A stretch of DNA of 64,000 bases from contig JABHWZ010000002.1 of NCBI GenBank assembly GCA_018657525.1, positions 84,590 to 148,589 of the forward strand. Direction: 5' to 3'. This document shows positions 9,164 through 17,395 of the stretch, piece by piece. The DNA is from an archaeon (GTDB lineage: Archaea > Nanobdellota > Nanobdellia > Pacearchaeales > GW2011-AR1). A model generated the notes under the pieces. It was given only the letters and a program-made list of their open reading frames with translations. It was not told where the DNA came from and ran no database searches. Position numbers and translations under genes: made by a program. The stretch's first letter is position 1, and the number at the start of each line of letters is the position of its first letter.

Positions 9164-9664
9164 TTATTTACTTCCCTCAATCTTAGATTTAATTTCACTA
9201 AATGTTTTTGAAAAATCTTCTTTTAAGTTTTTCCCTTCAATTCTTTCCTGTTCTGGAAACGCTTCTTCCTTACATTGAATTTCTAATCCTGAATCAATAA
9301 GTCCTTTAATAAAAGAATAAACTTTTGTCTTGTAACTTGTTTTTTGCATTCCTAAATCCACAATCGGCGTTTCTAATTTCTTGTCTTGAATTTTTTTACC
9401 CATCAAATATCCAGTTAAATACGACGCTGGAATTGACTTTAAACTTCCTTTTGATTTTTCAGGCCACCCGCATTTTAACAACTCTTTTGAATTAAGAGTC
9501 ATTACTATTTTATCTTGAGCAGCTTCGCTTGTAACATATTGCGCAAGAGCAAACTTGTTTGATTTTCTAAAAACTAATCTCGGTTTCCCCCCCTTCAACA
9601 ATTTAAGTCTAACTAAATAATTCGTCTTCCCTTCTCTCCTTCTTCGTTTTGCTATTCTTTTCAT
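9164..9664 (-). CDS. rpl18: 50S ribosomal protein uL18 (L5e)
   Basis: KRRRREGKTNYLVRLKLLKGGKPRLVFRKSNK is the uL18 N-terminus. The ATG at 9664 forms an ATGA overlap with the upstream ORF. Confidence 0.9.
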   Translation of the reverse strand: MKRIAKRRRREGKTNYLVRLKLLKGGKPRLVFRKSNKFALAQYVTSEAAQDKIVMTLNSKELLKCGWPEKSKGSLKSIPASYLTGYLMGKKIQDKKLETPIVDLGMQKTSYKTKVYSFIKGLIDSGLEIQCKEEAFPEQERIEGKNLKEDFSKTFSEIKSKIEGSK

Positions 9665-9981
9665 TTTCTTAATCCCTCCCATATTTTTTGTAAATCTCTA
9701 TATCCTCGACATTTTTTTGTAAAGACTGGTTGAGCGGTTCTGTTTGTTCCAGGCAAAAAAAGACCTTCTTTATCAATTTCTGAAACTTCTCCTTTGTAAA
9801 TATCAAAACTGAAGACATCATCTCCCACCAAGTTTGATCTAGTTAAAACTAATTGACCTTCTTTAGGAGCATTCCCAAAGAAAAATTTTCTAAGTTCAGG
9901 ATTTCTTTCAACTCTCCCCATAAAACCTATATAATAATAATCTACTGAAGTATCATATACTCTCCCGACTTCAGCATTCAT
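9661..9981 (-). CDS. hypothetical protein (106 aa) intercalated between rpl19e and rpl18
   Basis: The ORF fills the junction exactly, with ATGA overlaps at both ends. It has no r-protein similarity and carries the SD GGGAGGG for rpl18 in its last codons. Confidence 0.65.
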   Translation of the reverse strand: MNAEVGRVYDTSVDYYYIGFMGRVERNPELRKFFFGNAPKEGQLVLTRSNLVGDDVFSFDIYKGEVSEIDKEGLFLPGTNRTAQPVFTKKCRGYRDLQKIWEGLRK

Positions 9982-10382
9982 TTTCTTAATCCTCCAATAT
10001 ACTCTTTCAAGTTTGCTTTACTTCTAAACATTTTATTTCTTATCCTCTTCCTAATTTCATTCACTTCTTCGATATTTAAGGCTTTTTGTTTTTTCAATTC
10101 ATTAACATAGGCTCTCAACTTCCGAGTCATAATCACATATTTCTTTTTTCTATCATTGACTTTCTTTCTAATATTCCCCGTACTTCTTTTAACCTTTGTC
10201 TTAATTTTTTTTCTTCCTTGAACATTCTTAATCAAAATTGCTCCATCCTTTAATAAATCCCGAATATCTTGCTTTGTAATGGCCTCTTTAATTTCTTCTA
10301 ATCGCGCTTCTACAAAATTAATTCTTGCTTTCCCCACATTTAATGTTCTTGCTGTTAATTCTTTCTTTTTCCTTAAGTTCAT
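9978..10382 (-). CDS. rpl19e: 50S ribosomal protein eL19
   Basis: LRKKKELTARTLNVGKARI...IKEAITKQDIRDL is the L19e pattern. Confidence 0.9.
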   Translation of the reverse strand: MNLRKKKELTARTLNVGKARINFVEARLEEIKEAITKQDIRDLLKDGAILIKNVQGRKKIKTKVKRSTGNIRKKVNDRKKKYVIMTRKLRAYVNELKKQKALNIEEVNEIRKRIRNKMFRSKANLKEYIGGLRK

Positions 10383-10795
10383 TTTTTATTATCCTTCGCT
10401 TTTTTAGTTGATTCTTTTTTCTCATTCTTTTTCAAAAACTTTTTTTCATTTAAATTTAAAATTTTAATTCCTAATTCTTTTGCTTTTTTAACCAATTCAA
10501 TCTTTTTCTTTTTTCCAATACTCGCCAAAGTAATCTCCTTACTTTTAACATTTTCTAATTCTTTCATATTTTCAATTGTTTCAATTTTAATTCTATCTGC
10601 CTCGCCTTTTTTATAACCAATTGCTACAACAGCGGGATATCCTTTTTTTTGCTCTCTCATTTTATTATCTCTTCCAGTTGGTCTTCGCCATTTTTGATTT
10701 TTCTTAGTTCTCTTTCCAAGTTTAACATATCGAGCTGCATCTCTTCTCAAAAATTTCGGCTTTTTCTTTTTAATAGTTTTATTTTCTTCAACCAT
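10379..10795 (-). CDS. rpl32e: 50S ribosomal protein eL32
   Basis: KPKFLRRDAARYVKLGKRTKKNQKWRRPTGRDNKMR is the L32e signature. Confidence 0.85.
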   Translation of the reverse strand: MVEENKTIKKKKPKFLRRDAARYVKLGKRTKKNQKWRRPTGRDNKMREQKKGYPAVVAIGYKKGEADRIKIETIENMKELENVKSKEITLASIGKKKKIELVKKAKELGIKILNLNEKKFLKKNEKKESTKKAKDNKK

Positions 10796-11338
10796 TTACA
10801 TTACCTTCCCGGCTTTATTTATAATGAAAATTCCATCCTGGAAAACACGCCTATCCTTATTTGTGATTCTCGTCGCTGTTTCTAAATTAGCCGCAGCTTG
10901 TCCTGCGATTTCTTTGTCTATCGAAGTAACTGTGATAAACTCTTTGTCAACTTTTATCTCAGCTCCTTTCGGAAGTCTTGCAATCCGTGGAATTTTTTCT
11001 CCTAAGAAATTTTTAATTTCCACATCGTCTTCTCTAATCGTAACAGTCATCGGGAAATGATGGAAACAAACCTTCAAGTTATATTCAAATTTTTCTTGCA
11101 CGCCCTTAATCATATTTTCAATATGCGCCCTAAATGTGTTAATTCTTTTCTTTTCTTTTTTAGTTGATTTTTTATTTCCTAAAGTAATTTTATTATCTTT
11201 AATCTCAAAATCTATTTTAGAAAGATTAAATTTCTTTTTATTTTCTCCTTCTTTACCCTTAACAATTAATTCAGAATCTTCTAATTTAACTTCCACTCCT
11301 TCTGGAATTTCAATTGTTTGAAAAATTTCTTTACGCAT
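10796..11338 (-). CDS. rpl6: 50S ribosomal protein uL6
   Basis: IEIPEGVEVKLED..LIVKGKEG and the two-domain repeat fit uL6. The position after S8 also fits. Confidence 0.9.
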   Translation of the reverse strand: MRKEIFQTIEIPEGVEVKLEDSELIVKGKEGENKKKFNLSKIDFEIKDNKITLGNKKSTKKEKKRINTFRAHIENMIKGVQEKFEYNLKVCFHHFPMTVTIREDDVEIKNFLGEKIPRIARLPKGAEIKVDKEFITVTSIDKEIAGQAAANLETATRITNKDRRVFQDGIFIINKAGKVM

Positions 11339-11339
11339 T

Positions 11340-11573
11340 TTATTCTAAATCTCCTTTTAGATAAGTCCTAAATCTTATATTAAAATCCTCAATTTGTTCA
11401 CCGCTCAAATAACGATTACAAACATTGCTAGCTTTAATATATTCTCCAATTATTGCAGGTATTTGGCAATCAATGCTTATTCGACGATCTAAGTGGATCA
11501 TCTCGCTATGAAACTTTTCTAATTTTGCTTCCATTATACTTGCTGCAGCATCTCTAAGTCCCATTTTACACAT
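11340..11573 (-). CDS. hypothetical protein (77 aa) intercalated between rps8 and rpl6
   Basis: There are 1-nt gaps on both sides when started at the ATG at 11573. The SD AAGGAG for rpl6 sits in its last codons. Confidence 0.6.
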   Translation of the reverse strand: MCKMGLRDAAASIMEAKLEKFHSEMIHLDRRISIDCQIPAIIGEYIKASNVCNRYLSGEQIEDFNIRFRTYLKGDLE

Positions 11574-11574
11574 T

Positions 11575-11955
11575 TTAATAAAAGTATGCAATTAAGCACC
11601 CTCCAATTCCTTCTTCTTGAGCTTCTGTATGAGTCATTAAACCTTTATTTGTAGAAACAATAACTACTCCCATATTTCTCGACGGCAGATATCTTCTTCG
11701 ATAATTTTCAATCTGATCTTTATCAACAGTAAATCTCGGCTTGATTGATTTACAATCCATTAAATTACCAATTTCTATTTCCAGAGTTTTTTCCTTCGGA
11801 TTAATTTTATATTTTTTAATTGCTCCTTCTTGCTTCATAATCTTCAAAACTTCAATTAATACATTCGAAATCCGCTTCACTACAATTATATCTTTTCTAG
11901 CTTTCTTTGCATTCCTAATCATATTCAACGCATCCGCAACAGTATCATGTGACAT
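11575..11955 (-). CDS. rps8: 30S ribosomal protein uS8
   Basis: DTVADALNMIRNAKKARK...VVIVSTNKGLMTHTEA...GIGGCLIAYFY is the uS8 pattern. Confidence 0.9.
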   Translation of the reverse strand: MSHDTVADALNMIRNAKKARKDIIVVKRISNVLIEVLKIMKQEGAIKKYKINPKEKTLEIEIGNLMDCKSIKPRFTVDKDQIENYRRRYLPSRNMGVVIVSTNKGLMTHTEAQEEGIGGCLIAYFY

Positions 11956-11956
11956 T

Positions 11957-12313
11957 TTATTCTTGACCTCCTCTACTCATTTGAGTTTTTCTTGAAAGGA
12001 TATCTGCCCCCATTCTTTCATATTGTTCTTGCGGGATACCATATTTGCTTTTAGCCAGAGTTATTGCTTCATCCAATTCTCTTAATTTTCCCCTAAGCTT
12101 TGAACGATCATAACCTACTAGGTAATCTTCTAATTCTGATAGATATTTTATTTTTCCTGGTAAACTCCATCCACTAACTGTTTCTCCATTTAAATGCTCG
12201 AGTGCTTGAGTAATTACTAAGTCCTTCTGTCCGCTTAAATCTTTTGCGGTATTTGTCAATGCTGCTATGAACCTTCTATCTAATTCACTTAATTGTTTCG
12301 TTTCAGTTGTCAT
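11957..12313 (-). CDS. hypothetical protein (118 aa) intercalated between rps14 and rps8
   Basis: There are 1-nt gaps on both sides. The last codons AGA GGA GGT CAA GAA provide the SD GGAGGT for rps8. Confidence 0.65.
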   Translation of the reverse strand: MTTETKQLSELDRRFIAALTNTAKDLSGQKDLVITQALEHLNGETVSGWSLPGKIKYLSELEDYLVGYDRSKLRGKLRELDEAITLAKSKYGIPQEQYERMGADILSRKTQMSRGGQE

Positions 12314-12314
12314 T

Positions 12315-12545
12315 TTAACTATATTTTGTAAAGCCGATTTCTACTGCTAACTTTCGAAAACAGTGTCGACATAAATTTAATCCGTATGAGTTTACTCTTG
12401 CACCAAACCGACCGCAGTTCTCGCATTTTTGCGCAGCAACTCCAAACTTTCTGTCCCTTGGTTTATTATGTTTCAAAAACTTTGCTTTTATTGCTGGTTT
12501 ATTATCCAACTGCGTCATTACTTTTTTCCAATCGCTTGCTGTCAT
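12315..12545 (-). CDS. rps14: 30S ribosomal protein uS14 (zinc-binding type) with an N-terminal extension
   Basis: CENCGRFGARVNSYGLNLCRHCFR is the C-x2-C...C-x2-C uS14 core. Confidence 0.85.
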   Translation of the reverse strand: MTASDWKKVMTQLDNKPAIKAKFLKHNKPRDRKFGVAAQKCENCGRFGARVNSYGLNLCRHCFRKLAVEIGFTKYS

Positions 12546-12880
12546 TTTACTAATCTTGCCTCCCCATATTTTTTTATCAATTTTCTCCCTTCAAAAGTTT
12601 CAGAGTCAAATCTTTCTATTATAATACCCTCTTGATAATTATCTATCGCGAACCTTCCAGCGTAAGCAATTACTTCTTCAATAGGCACCATCCATTGTGT
12701 CCAATTCCTTCCACAAATCCCTTTATCTCCCAATAAAATCATTGTTCCTTCTTCATCCCTTTCTAACAACATAGCATCAAACCTTCCGTCGATGTAATCT
12801 CCTTGATCTAGTACTGGGAAGACGTCCCCGACTTGTAAATTTTTTACTTGTTCCATATTTTCTAATGTTTCATATTTCAT
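12542..12880 (-). CDS. hypothetical acidic protein (112 aa) intercalated between rpl5 and rps14
   Basis: ATGA overlaps at both ends. The SD GGGGAGG for rps14 sits in its last codons. Confidence 0.65.
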   Translation of the reverse strand: MKYETLENMEQVKNLQVGDVFPVLDQGDYIDGRFDAMLLERDEEGTMILLGDKGICGRNWTQWMVPIEEVIAYAGRFAIDNYQEGIIIERFDSETFEGRKLIKKYGEARLVK

Positions 12881-13407
12881 TTTAGTTTACCAATAAATTC
12901 GATTCCGAATTCTTTCTCCATAAATTTAATTATTTCTTCTCGAGTTATAACTTGTCTCTTTGGAATTTTTCCCCGCTTAACTTTCTTCAATTTAACTCTT
13001 CTTCCAGTTCTTTTAAAAGCTACTGTTACATCAAATCCAAGAATTCCTAAATCTCTTTGATATTCAACTCCCGGGATTTCAATATATTCTTTAATCCCAA
13101 ACGAAAAATTGTTCTCGCTGATTTGCTTTTTCTTTAGTTTGTTTTCAATAGCAATAAATAATCTTTTCAATAATTCCTCCTTACCCTTTCTAATTGTAAC
13201 AACTGCCCCAATTTCTAAACCCGGTCTAACTCCTAATGAAGGAATTCTTTTATTTGATTTCGTCTTCGCTGGTTTTCTGTTTGTAACAAGCTGTAAAAGT
13301 TTATATCCCTTCTCAAGATTATCCCCAATCCCGCCTACACTCAACACAACTTTTTCCATCTTAATCGTTCTCATTACATTTTCTGTTTTTATTTTTTCGT
13401 CTGCCAT
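12877..13407 (-). CDS. rpl5: 50S ribosomal protein uL5
   Basis: NVMRTIKMEKVVLSVGGIGD...GILGFDVTV is the uL5 pattern. Confidence 0.9.
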   Translation of the reverse strand: MADEKIKTENVMRTIKMEKVVLSVGGIGDNLEKGYKLLQLVTNRKPAKTKSNKRIPSLGVRPGLEIGAVVTIRKGKEELLKRLFIAIENKLKKKQISENNFSFGIKEYIEIPGVEYQRDLGILGFDVTVAFKRTGRRVKLKKVKRGKIPKRQVITREEIIKFMEKEFGIEFIGKLK

Positions 13408-13408
13408 T

Positions 13409-14059
13409 TTATTCTATTACAATTACCTGTTTATTTAATACTTTGATTGACTTGTCGCCTTCTGAAATTTCTACTGCTTTTCTTTCCTTATCTAGAACTT
13501 TGATAACTCCTTTTTCTCCTGCGTGCTTTCCTTGGAAAACAAGTACCTTTGATTTTTCTTTCAGAGGCAAACATTTTTCTATTTTTTTATCTTTTAAATT
13601 AATCAAAACAGAATCTCCAATATCACATTTAACCTCTGAAATAAAGTTTTTACCGTCGATTAAATTTATCTGAGTTTTTTTACCTTTCAATGTTTTTTTG
13701 TTAATTACTTTTGAAACTTTTTTCCCTGCTTCAGTTGCTTTAATCTCAACCAATTCAAATTTACCTTTGTTAGATAATTCTAATCTATAATGTTTTTTAG
13801 AAGGCACCAAACTTAAAGTATCCAATAAAACTAGTGCATTTTTATCATCTCTAACTTCTTTATTATTTCTCAAAATTAATCTTTCATTAATTGCCTTCTT
13901 AACTTCTTTTCGAGTAGCTGCAACTTTTAAAATATCCCTCAGCACAACCAGTATCGGTAAACCTAAATGTTTCTCAAAGTTAGGACAAACTACATACGCT
14001 GTTCCCTTCTTTGGAATCGGCCAGTTCTTGGGTATTGTTTGTCTCTTTAAATATGCCAT
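13409..14059 (-). CDS. rps4e: 30S ribosomal protein eS4
   Basis: MAYLKRQTIPKNWPIPKKGTAYVV... is the S4e N-terminus, followed by a KOW-like C-terminal part. Confidence 0.9.
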   Translation of the reverse strand: MAYLKRQTIPKNWPIPKKGTAYVVCPNFEKHLGLPILVVLRDILKVAATRKEVKKAINERLILRNNKEVRDDKNALVLLDTLSLVPSKKHYRLELSNKGKFELVEIKATEAGKKVSKVINKKTLKGKKTQINLIDGKNFISEVKCDIGDSVLINLKDKKIEKCLPLKEKSKVLVFQGKHAGEKGVIKVLDKERKAVEISEGDKSIKVLNKQVIVIE

Positions 14060-14407
14060 TTACAATCCTGCCTCCGTTAGTTTTGGATCTAATTTTTCAT
14101 ATTCTGCGCTTCCTTCAAGAAAGCTTCCATTTAAGATATTTTGTCCCATCCAAGAATCCTCTTTATATTCTAAAACGCTAATACTTTTCGGATAAGCAGG
14201 TATAATCCCTCCCAATATTTCAAGACTCCCTGTTGCAGGTCTTCTGACAAGGGTATATAATTTTTTCTCCTCTAAATCAACCTTTGCAACTAATTCGCGT
14301 GACGCACATGGCTTTAATAAAACATCTTTAATCATTATATCATGTAGAGTTCTATCTAAAGAATCCCTCCATGGGTCTATTATTAATTCATGCCCGTTTC
14401 GTATCAT
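14060..14407 (-). CDS. hypothetical protein (115 aa) intercalated between rpl24 and rps4e
   Basis: ATGA overlap with the rpl24 stop and 0-nt gap to the rps4e ATG. The SD GGAGG for rps4e sits in its last codons. Confidence 0.65.
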   Translation of the reverse strand: MIRNGHELIIDPWRDSLDRTLHDIMIKDVLLKPCASRELVAKVDLEEKKLYTLVRRPATGSLEILGGIIPAYPKSISVLEYKEDSWMGQNILNGSFLEGSAEYEKLDPKLTEAGL

Positions 14408-14859
14408 TTTTTCTCCTTGTTTGTTTTAGTTTTTGGATCTATTTTTTTCTCTACTTTTTCTTTCTTCTTTGTCTTTTTAGTTGTTTCTGTTGCAGTCTTT
14501 TTTGTCTTTGCGGTTCTATCTACCATCGAAACAATTTGTAAATTTGACGGTTGCATTTTAATTACAACTTTTGAGCCATCTTGTTTCTTCGCTTGAATTC
14601 CCTCAATTGTAACTTTGCCCTGCTTTGTAAAAACCTGCAAAATTTTCCCTTCTTTACCCTTGAATTTTCCACGCATAATTTTAACTTTGTCCTCTTTTCT
14701 TATTACAACATTTCTTGCTCCAACTTTCTTTCTTAAATCTTTAGCTAAATTTACTCCAAGAAGTTTTCTCTTAATATGAATCGGAGCGTTCGCTCTAAAT
14801 TTCCTCTGCTTCCGAGGCTGTTTACTTGCTTTCCACGCTGTTGAAAATTCTTTTTTCAT
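14404..14859 (-). CDS. rpl24: 50S ribosomal protein uL24 with a Lys/Thr-rich C-terminal extension
   Basis: KQPRKQRK...IRKEDKVKIMRGKFKGKEGKI is the KOW motif. The ATG at 14859 lies 1 nt after the rpl14 stop. Confidence 0.85.
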   Translation of the reverse strand: MKKEFSTAWKASKQPRKQRKFRANAPIHIKRKLLGVNLAKDLRKKVGARNVVIRKEDKVKIMRGKFKGKEGKILQVFTKQGKVTIEGIQAKKQDGSKVVIKMQPSNLQIVSMVDRTAKTKKTATETTKKTKKKEKVEKKIDPKTKTNKEKK

Positions 14860-14860
14860 T

Positions 14861-15262
14861 TTAATAAACCACTGAAGCGATTTTTGCAACTTGCGGCCAT
14901 CGCTCTAGAACCTCCCTTGCAATTGGTCCTTTAATCTGAGTTCCTTTTGGATTGCCTTTTTCATCTTTCAAAATAGCAACTGCATTATCTTCAAATGCCA
15001 CTCGCTCTCCGCTGTTTCTTCTCCATGATTTTTTCTGTCGAATTATTACTGCGTCAAAAACTTTCCCTTTCATGTCAGGCACGCCCTTCCGGATTGAAAC
15101 CTTTACCCAATCTGCAATTTTAGCACTTACCTGTTTAGATTTTTTAGCTTTAGCCTTTTTAACTGAAACAATTTTAACCATCTTCGCCCCACTATTATCT
15201 GCCGCGGGCATAATTGCACCGAGGTTAAAAGCTGAAGTTGTTCGCGCGCTTATTGCTTTCAT
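14861..15262 (-). CDS. rpl14: 50S ribosomal protein uL14
   Basis: ADNSGAKMVKIVSV...VFDAVIIRQKK..RR..G..V.FEDNA is the uL14 pattern. Confidence 0.95.
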   Translation of the reverse strand: MKAISARTTSAFNLGAIMPAADNSGAKMVKIVSVKKAKAKKSKQVSAKIADWVKVSIRKGVPDMKGKVFDAVIIRQKKSWRRNSGERVAFEDNAVAILKDEKGNPKGTQIKGPIAREVLERWPQVAKIASVVY

Positions 15263-15537
15263 TTTACATCCTCCCCTAATAATCCCTCAACTCTTAAATG
15301 ATTCCATGCTCTACTTCTTCTAATTTCTGCACTTTCACATCCTCCAATGCACCCACATCCTATTTGATATTCTCTAATGGTCACTTTTTCTCCATCCGAG
15401 TAAGCAAATATATTTGTTCCACATTGAGGATTTTGGCATCCAAATAAAACTCCTTTTTGCCCACTCACTAAAATATTCTGTGGGACATATGGATTAGATT
15501 CAAACCTGTGAATATCTTGAGGCCTTATTGCTTTCAT
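15259..15537 (-). CDS. hypothetical Cys-rich protein (92 aa) intercalated between rps17 and rpl14
   Basis: ATGA overlaps at both ends. Its first 14 nt are identical to the rpl14 start (MKAI). CQNPQCG...CGCIGGC is a possible metal site. The SD GGGGAGGA for rpl14 sits in its last codons. Confidence 0.65.
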   Translation of the reverse strand: MKAIRPQDIHRFESNPYVPQNILVSGQKGVLFGCQNPQCGTNIFAYSDGEKVTIREYQIGCGCIGGCESAEIRRSRAWNHLRVEGLLGEDVK

Positions 15538-15971
15538 TTTTTCTCTTCTCCAGATTTATCTTCTTTATTCAGTGTTTCACGATGCTCATGTGAAATGGAT
15601 TTAATAAACACAAAATGGATAATCTTACTCAAAGGTCGGCACTCTTGAATCTGAACTAAGTCCCCAATATTTACTGACGCTTCTAAGCATATTGGCAATC
15701 TAGCATGAAGTTTGGTTCTTGATTTAGTATATCTTTCATATTTTCTTACGTAAACTGTTCTTTCAAGTTCAATTACAATTCTTTTTTTAAATTTCTTGGT
15801 AACTGTTCCTTCAAAGATTCGCCCATGAGTTTTTAATTTTCCATGAATATTACAATCTATATCTTTGCATTCTTTCAGAGTCTCTGCTACTTTTGCTCCC
15901 TTCCGTGCTTCGCGATGCCTATGCGCAATGGCGCTTTCTGTTTTTTTCTTTGTCATTTTCTTTTCTGTCAT
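15534..15971 (-). CDS. rps17: 30S ribosomal protein uS17 with terminal extensions
   Basis: GRIFEGTVTKKFKKRIVIELERTVYVRKYERY...IGDLVQIQECRPLSK is uS17. The ATG at 15971 has AGGTGA 13 nt upstream; the alternative ATG at 16040 would overlap sui1 by 11 nt. Confidence 0.85.
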   Translation of the reverse strand: MTEKKMTKKKTESAIAHRHREARKGAKVAETLKECKDIDCNIHGKLKTHGRIFEGTVTKKFKKRIVIELERTVYVRKYERYTKSRTKLHARLPICLEASVNIGDLVQIQECRPLSKIIHFVFIKSISHEHRETLNKEDKSGEEKK

Positions 15972-16029
15972 TTTTGTGTATGTCACCTTTTTTTCCGGGC
16001 CACCTCGAAGAGGTTCTCGTGACCTTTGG

Positions 16030-16332
16030 TTATTCTTCATCTACGGAATCTTCATCAAATCCCATCTTTCCTAAAAGAGGTTTTATTCTCTTTCGATGAT
16101 CTCCTTGGAGTTCAATTCTGCCATCTTTGTAAGTCCCTCCACAAGCTAACTCATTTTTCAGAGCCTTTGCGGTTTTCTTTACATCGACGCTGTTGTCGAA
16201 CCCACTAACCACAGTAACAATCTTTCCGTACCTTTTCTTGTCGGTTGTTACCTTTATTCTTTGTGAACTTTTTACTATCTGCTCACACACACATGCTTGC
16301 TCAGGCAAGCCACATTTTGGACATATTTCCAT
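16030..16332 (-). CDS. sui1: translation initiation factor aIF1 / SUI1
   Basis: CPKCGLPEQACVCE zinc knuckle plus the SUI1 core (KRYGKIVTVVSGF...LKNELACGGTYKDGRIELQGDHR). Confidence 0.9.
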   Translation of the reverse strand: MEICPKCGLPEQACVCEQIVKSSQRIKVTTDKKRYGKIVTVVSGFDNSVDVKKTAKALKNELACGGTYKDGRIELQGDHRKRIKPLLGKMGFDEDSVDEE

Positions 16333-16334
16333 AT

Positions 16335-16520
16335 TTATTGTGTCCCAACTCCAGTTTTATTAGAGGTGAGTATTCTCGCAATTATTTTTCTGATTTCTTT
16401 GTTTTTAGTACTTCCTGTTTTAGTCGAGCTTGACTTTGATTTTATTAATTCCATTTTCAACTCTTTAATCTTTTTTTCCTTATCTTTCTCGCTTAGTTTT
16501 TGTACTTCTTTGAATTTCAT
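16335..16520 (-). CDS. rpl29: 50S ribosomal protein uL29
   Basis: KEVQKLSEKDKEKKIKELKMELIK...IRKIIARILT is the uL29 pattern. Confidence 0.85.
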   Translation of the reverse strand: MKFKEVQKLSEKDKEKKIKELKMELIKSKSSSTKTGSTKNKEIRKIIARILTSNKTGVGTQ

Positions 16521-16690
16521 TTTATTTCTCCTTTCATTTCTTTTTCTAACTTTGCCATTTTTAGTTGATGAGTTTTAAGGCTCTCTTCTAAAACCTTTCT
16601 ACCTCCAGAAACAGGTATTTCTCCTAAATACTTTTGACATGTCGTTATTGCATGTTTACATTGTGTATATTCTTCTTGATGGTCTTTCAT
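16517..16690 (-). CDS. hypothetical protein (57 aa, MKDHQEEYTQCKHAITTCQKYLGEIPVSGGRKVLEESLKTHQLKMAKLEKEMKGEIK) intercalated between rps3 and rpl29
   Basis: Not in the ORF track (under 60 aa). I translated it by hand: 58 codons, with ATGA overlaps to both the rps3 stop and the rpl29 start. The SD AAGGAG for rpl29 sits in its last codons. Confidence 0.55.
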   Translation of the reverse strand: MKDHQEEYTQCKHAITTCQKYLGEIPVSGGRKVLEESLKTHQLKMAKLEKEMKGEIK

Positions 16691-17394
16691 TTCTTTGCCT
16701 CCTCGACTTTTTTAGTTGCTTTCTTTCTTGTGCTCTTCTTTTTCTTAGGTTTTAAACTTACATCTTTTAGTTTCATATTTTCTTTTAACTTATTAATCAT
16801 GGCCTCATCAATAACTACTTTATCTGTCAGTTTTACATAAGGGGATAAAATTGCAACTTTAATTCCTACAACTCCTGGTTTAGTCATCGCAACTGCTTGC
16901 GCCCTATCTACTAACTTTGCACTCTCTCCCGCTTTTTTCAAATATCCCTGAGCAAATCTCCATGTTTTTGCCCTAGTGCTCGGAAGCTTTCCACTCAATT
17001 TAAGTTCTGCACCCAAGGCTCCAGCTTTCATTATTGTCTCCAATGCTCTATAAGCTATAACTTTAAATTTCAAAGGTCCAACTCTTTCCAGACCCAACGC
17101 AATTTCATCCGCCATTAATTGTGCATCAAGCTCAGGCTCAGTTATCTCCTTTATTTCCACATGAGGATTAGCTAATTTGAATTCCTTTTTCAAAAATTCA
17201 GTTAATTCTCCAATTCTCTCACCCTTTCTACCAATAACTAATCCAGGTTTATGCGTCGATACAATAATTTTTTCACCAACCGGAGTGTATTCAATTTCAA
17301 CTTTGCTGGCCTTACCCTTTCCAAGCGATGTTTTAACATATTCTTTAACTGCGAATTCTTCTTTTTTCAAAGCTACTGATTTTCTTTCTTCCAT
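16687..17394 (-). CDS. rps3: 30S ribosomal protein uS3 with a Lys-rich C-terminal tail
   Basis: KH domain (VIGRKGERIGELTEFLKKEF) plus the uS3 C-terminal domain. Confidence 0.95.
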   Translation of the reverse strand: MEERKSVALKKEEFAVKEYVKTSLGKGKASKVEIEYTPVGEKIIVSTHKPGLVIGRKGERIGELTEFLKKEFKLANPHVEIKEITEPELDAQLMADEIALGLERVGPLKFKVIAYRALETIMKAGALGAELKLSGKLPSTRAKTWRFAQGYLKKAGESAKLVDRAQAVAMTKPGVVGIKVAILSPYVKLTDKVVIDEAMINKLKENMKLKDVSLKPKKKKSTRKKATKKVEEAKK

Positions 17395-17395
17395 T

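Noticed and set aside
8744-9211. Antisense or out-of-frame ORFs overlapping r-protein and other genes. Examples: 131-487, 915-1139, 1332-1523, 1520-1795, 8744-9211, 8865-9050, 10649-10885, 10824-11060, 13109-13438, 14390-14596, 14952-15323, 16297-16578, 17177-17563, 19324-19521, 36289-36525, 45193-45939, 49367-49858.
   Set aside because: They lie wholly inside much better-supported genes and translate to low-complexity Ser/Phe/Leu/Ile strings, which are mirror images of Lys/Glu-rich coding sequence. They also lack start context. They are shadow ORFs.
15259-15537. Idea that the intercalated ORFs are compositionally foreign DNA (recent HGT).
   Set aside because: My hand count gave about 36% G+C for 15261-15540 (the inserted ORF) versus about 41% for 14881-15240 (rpl14). 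The insert is not GC-shifted upward and is, if anything, more AT-rich. No nucleotide-level foreign signal can be claimed without a proper computation.
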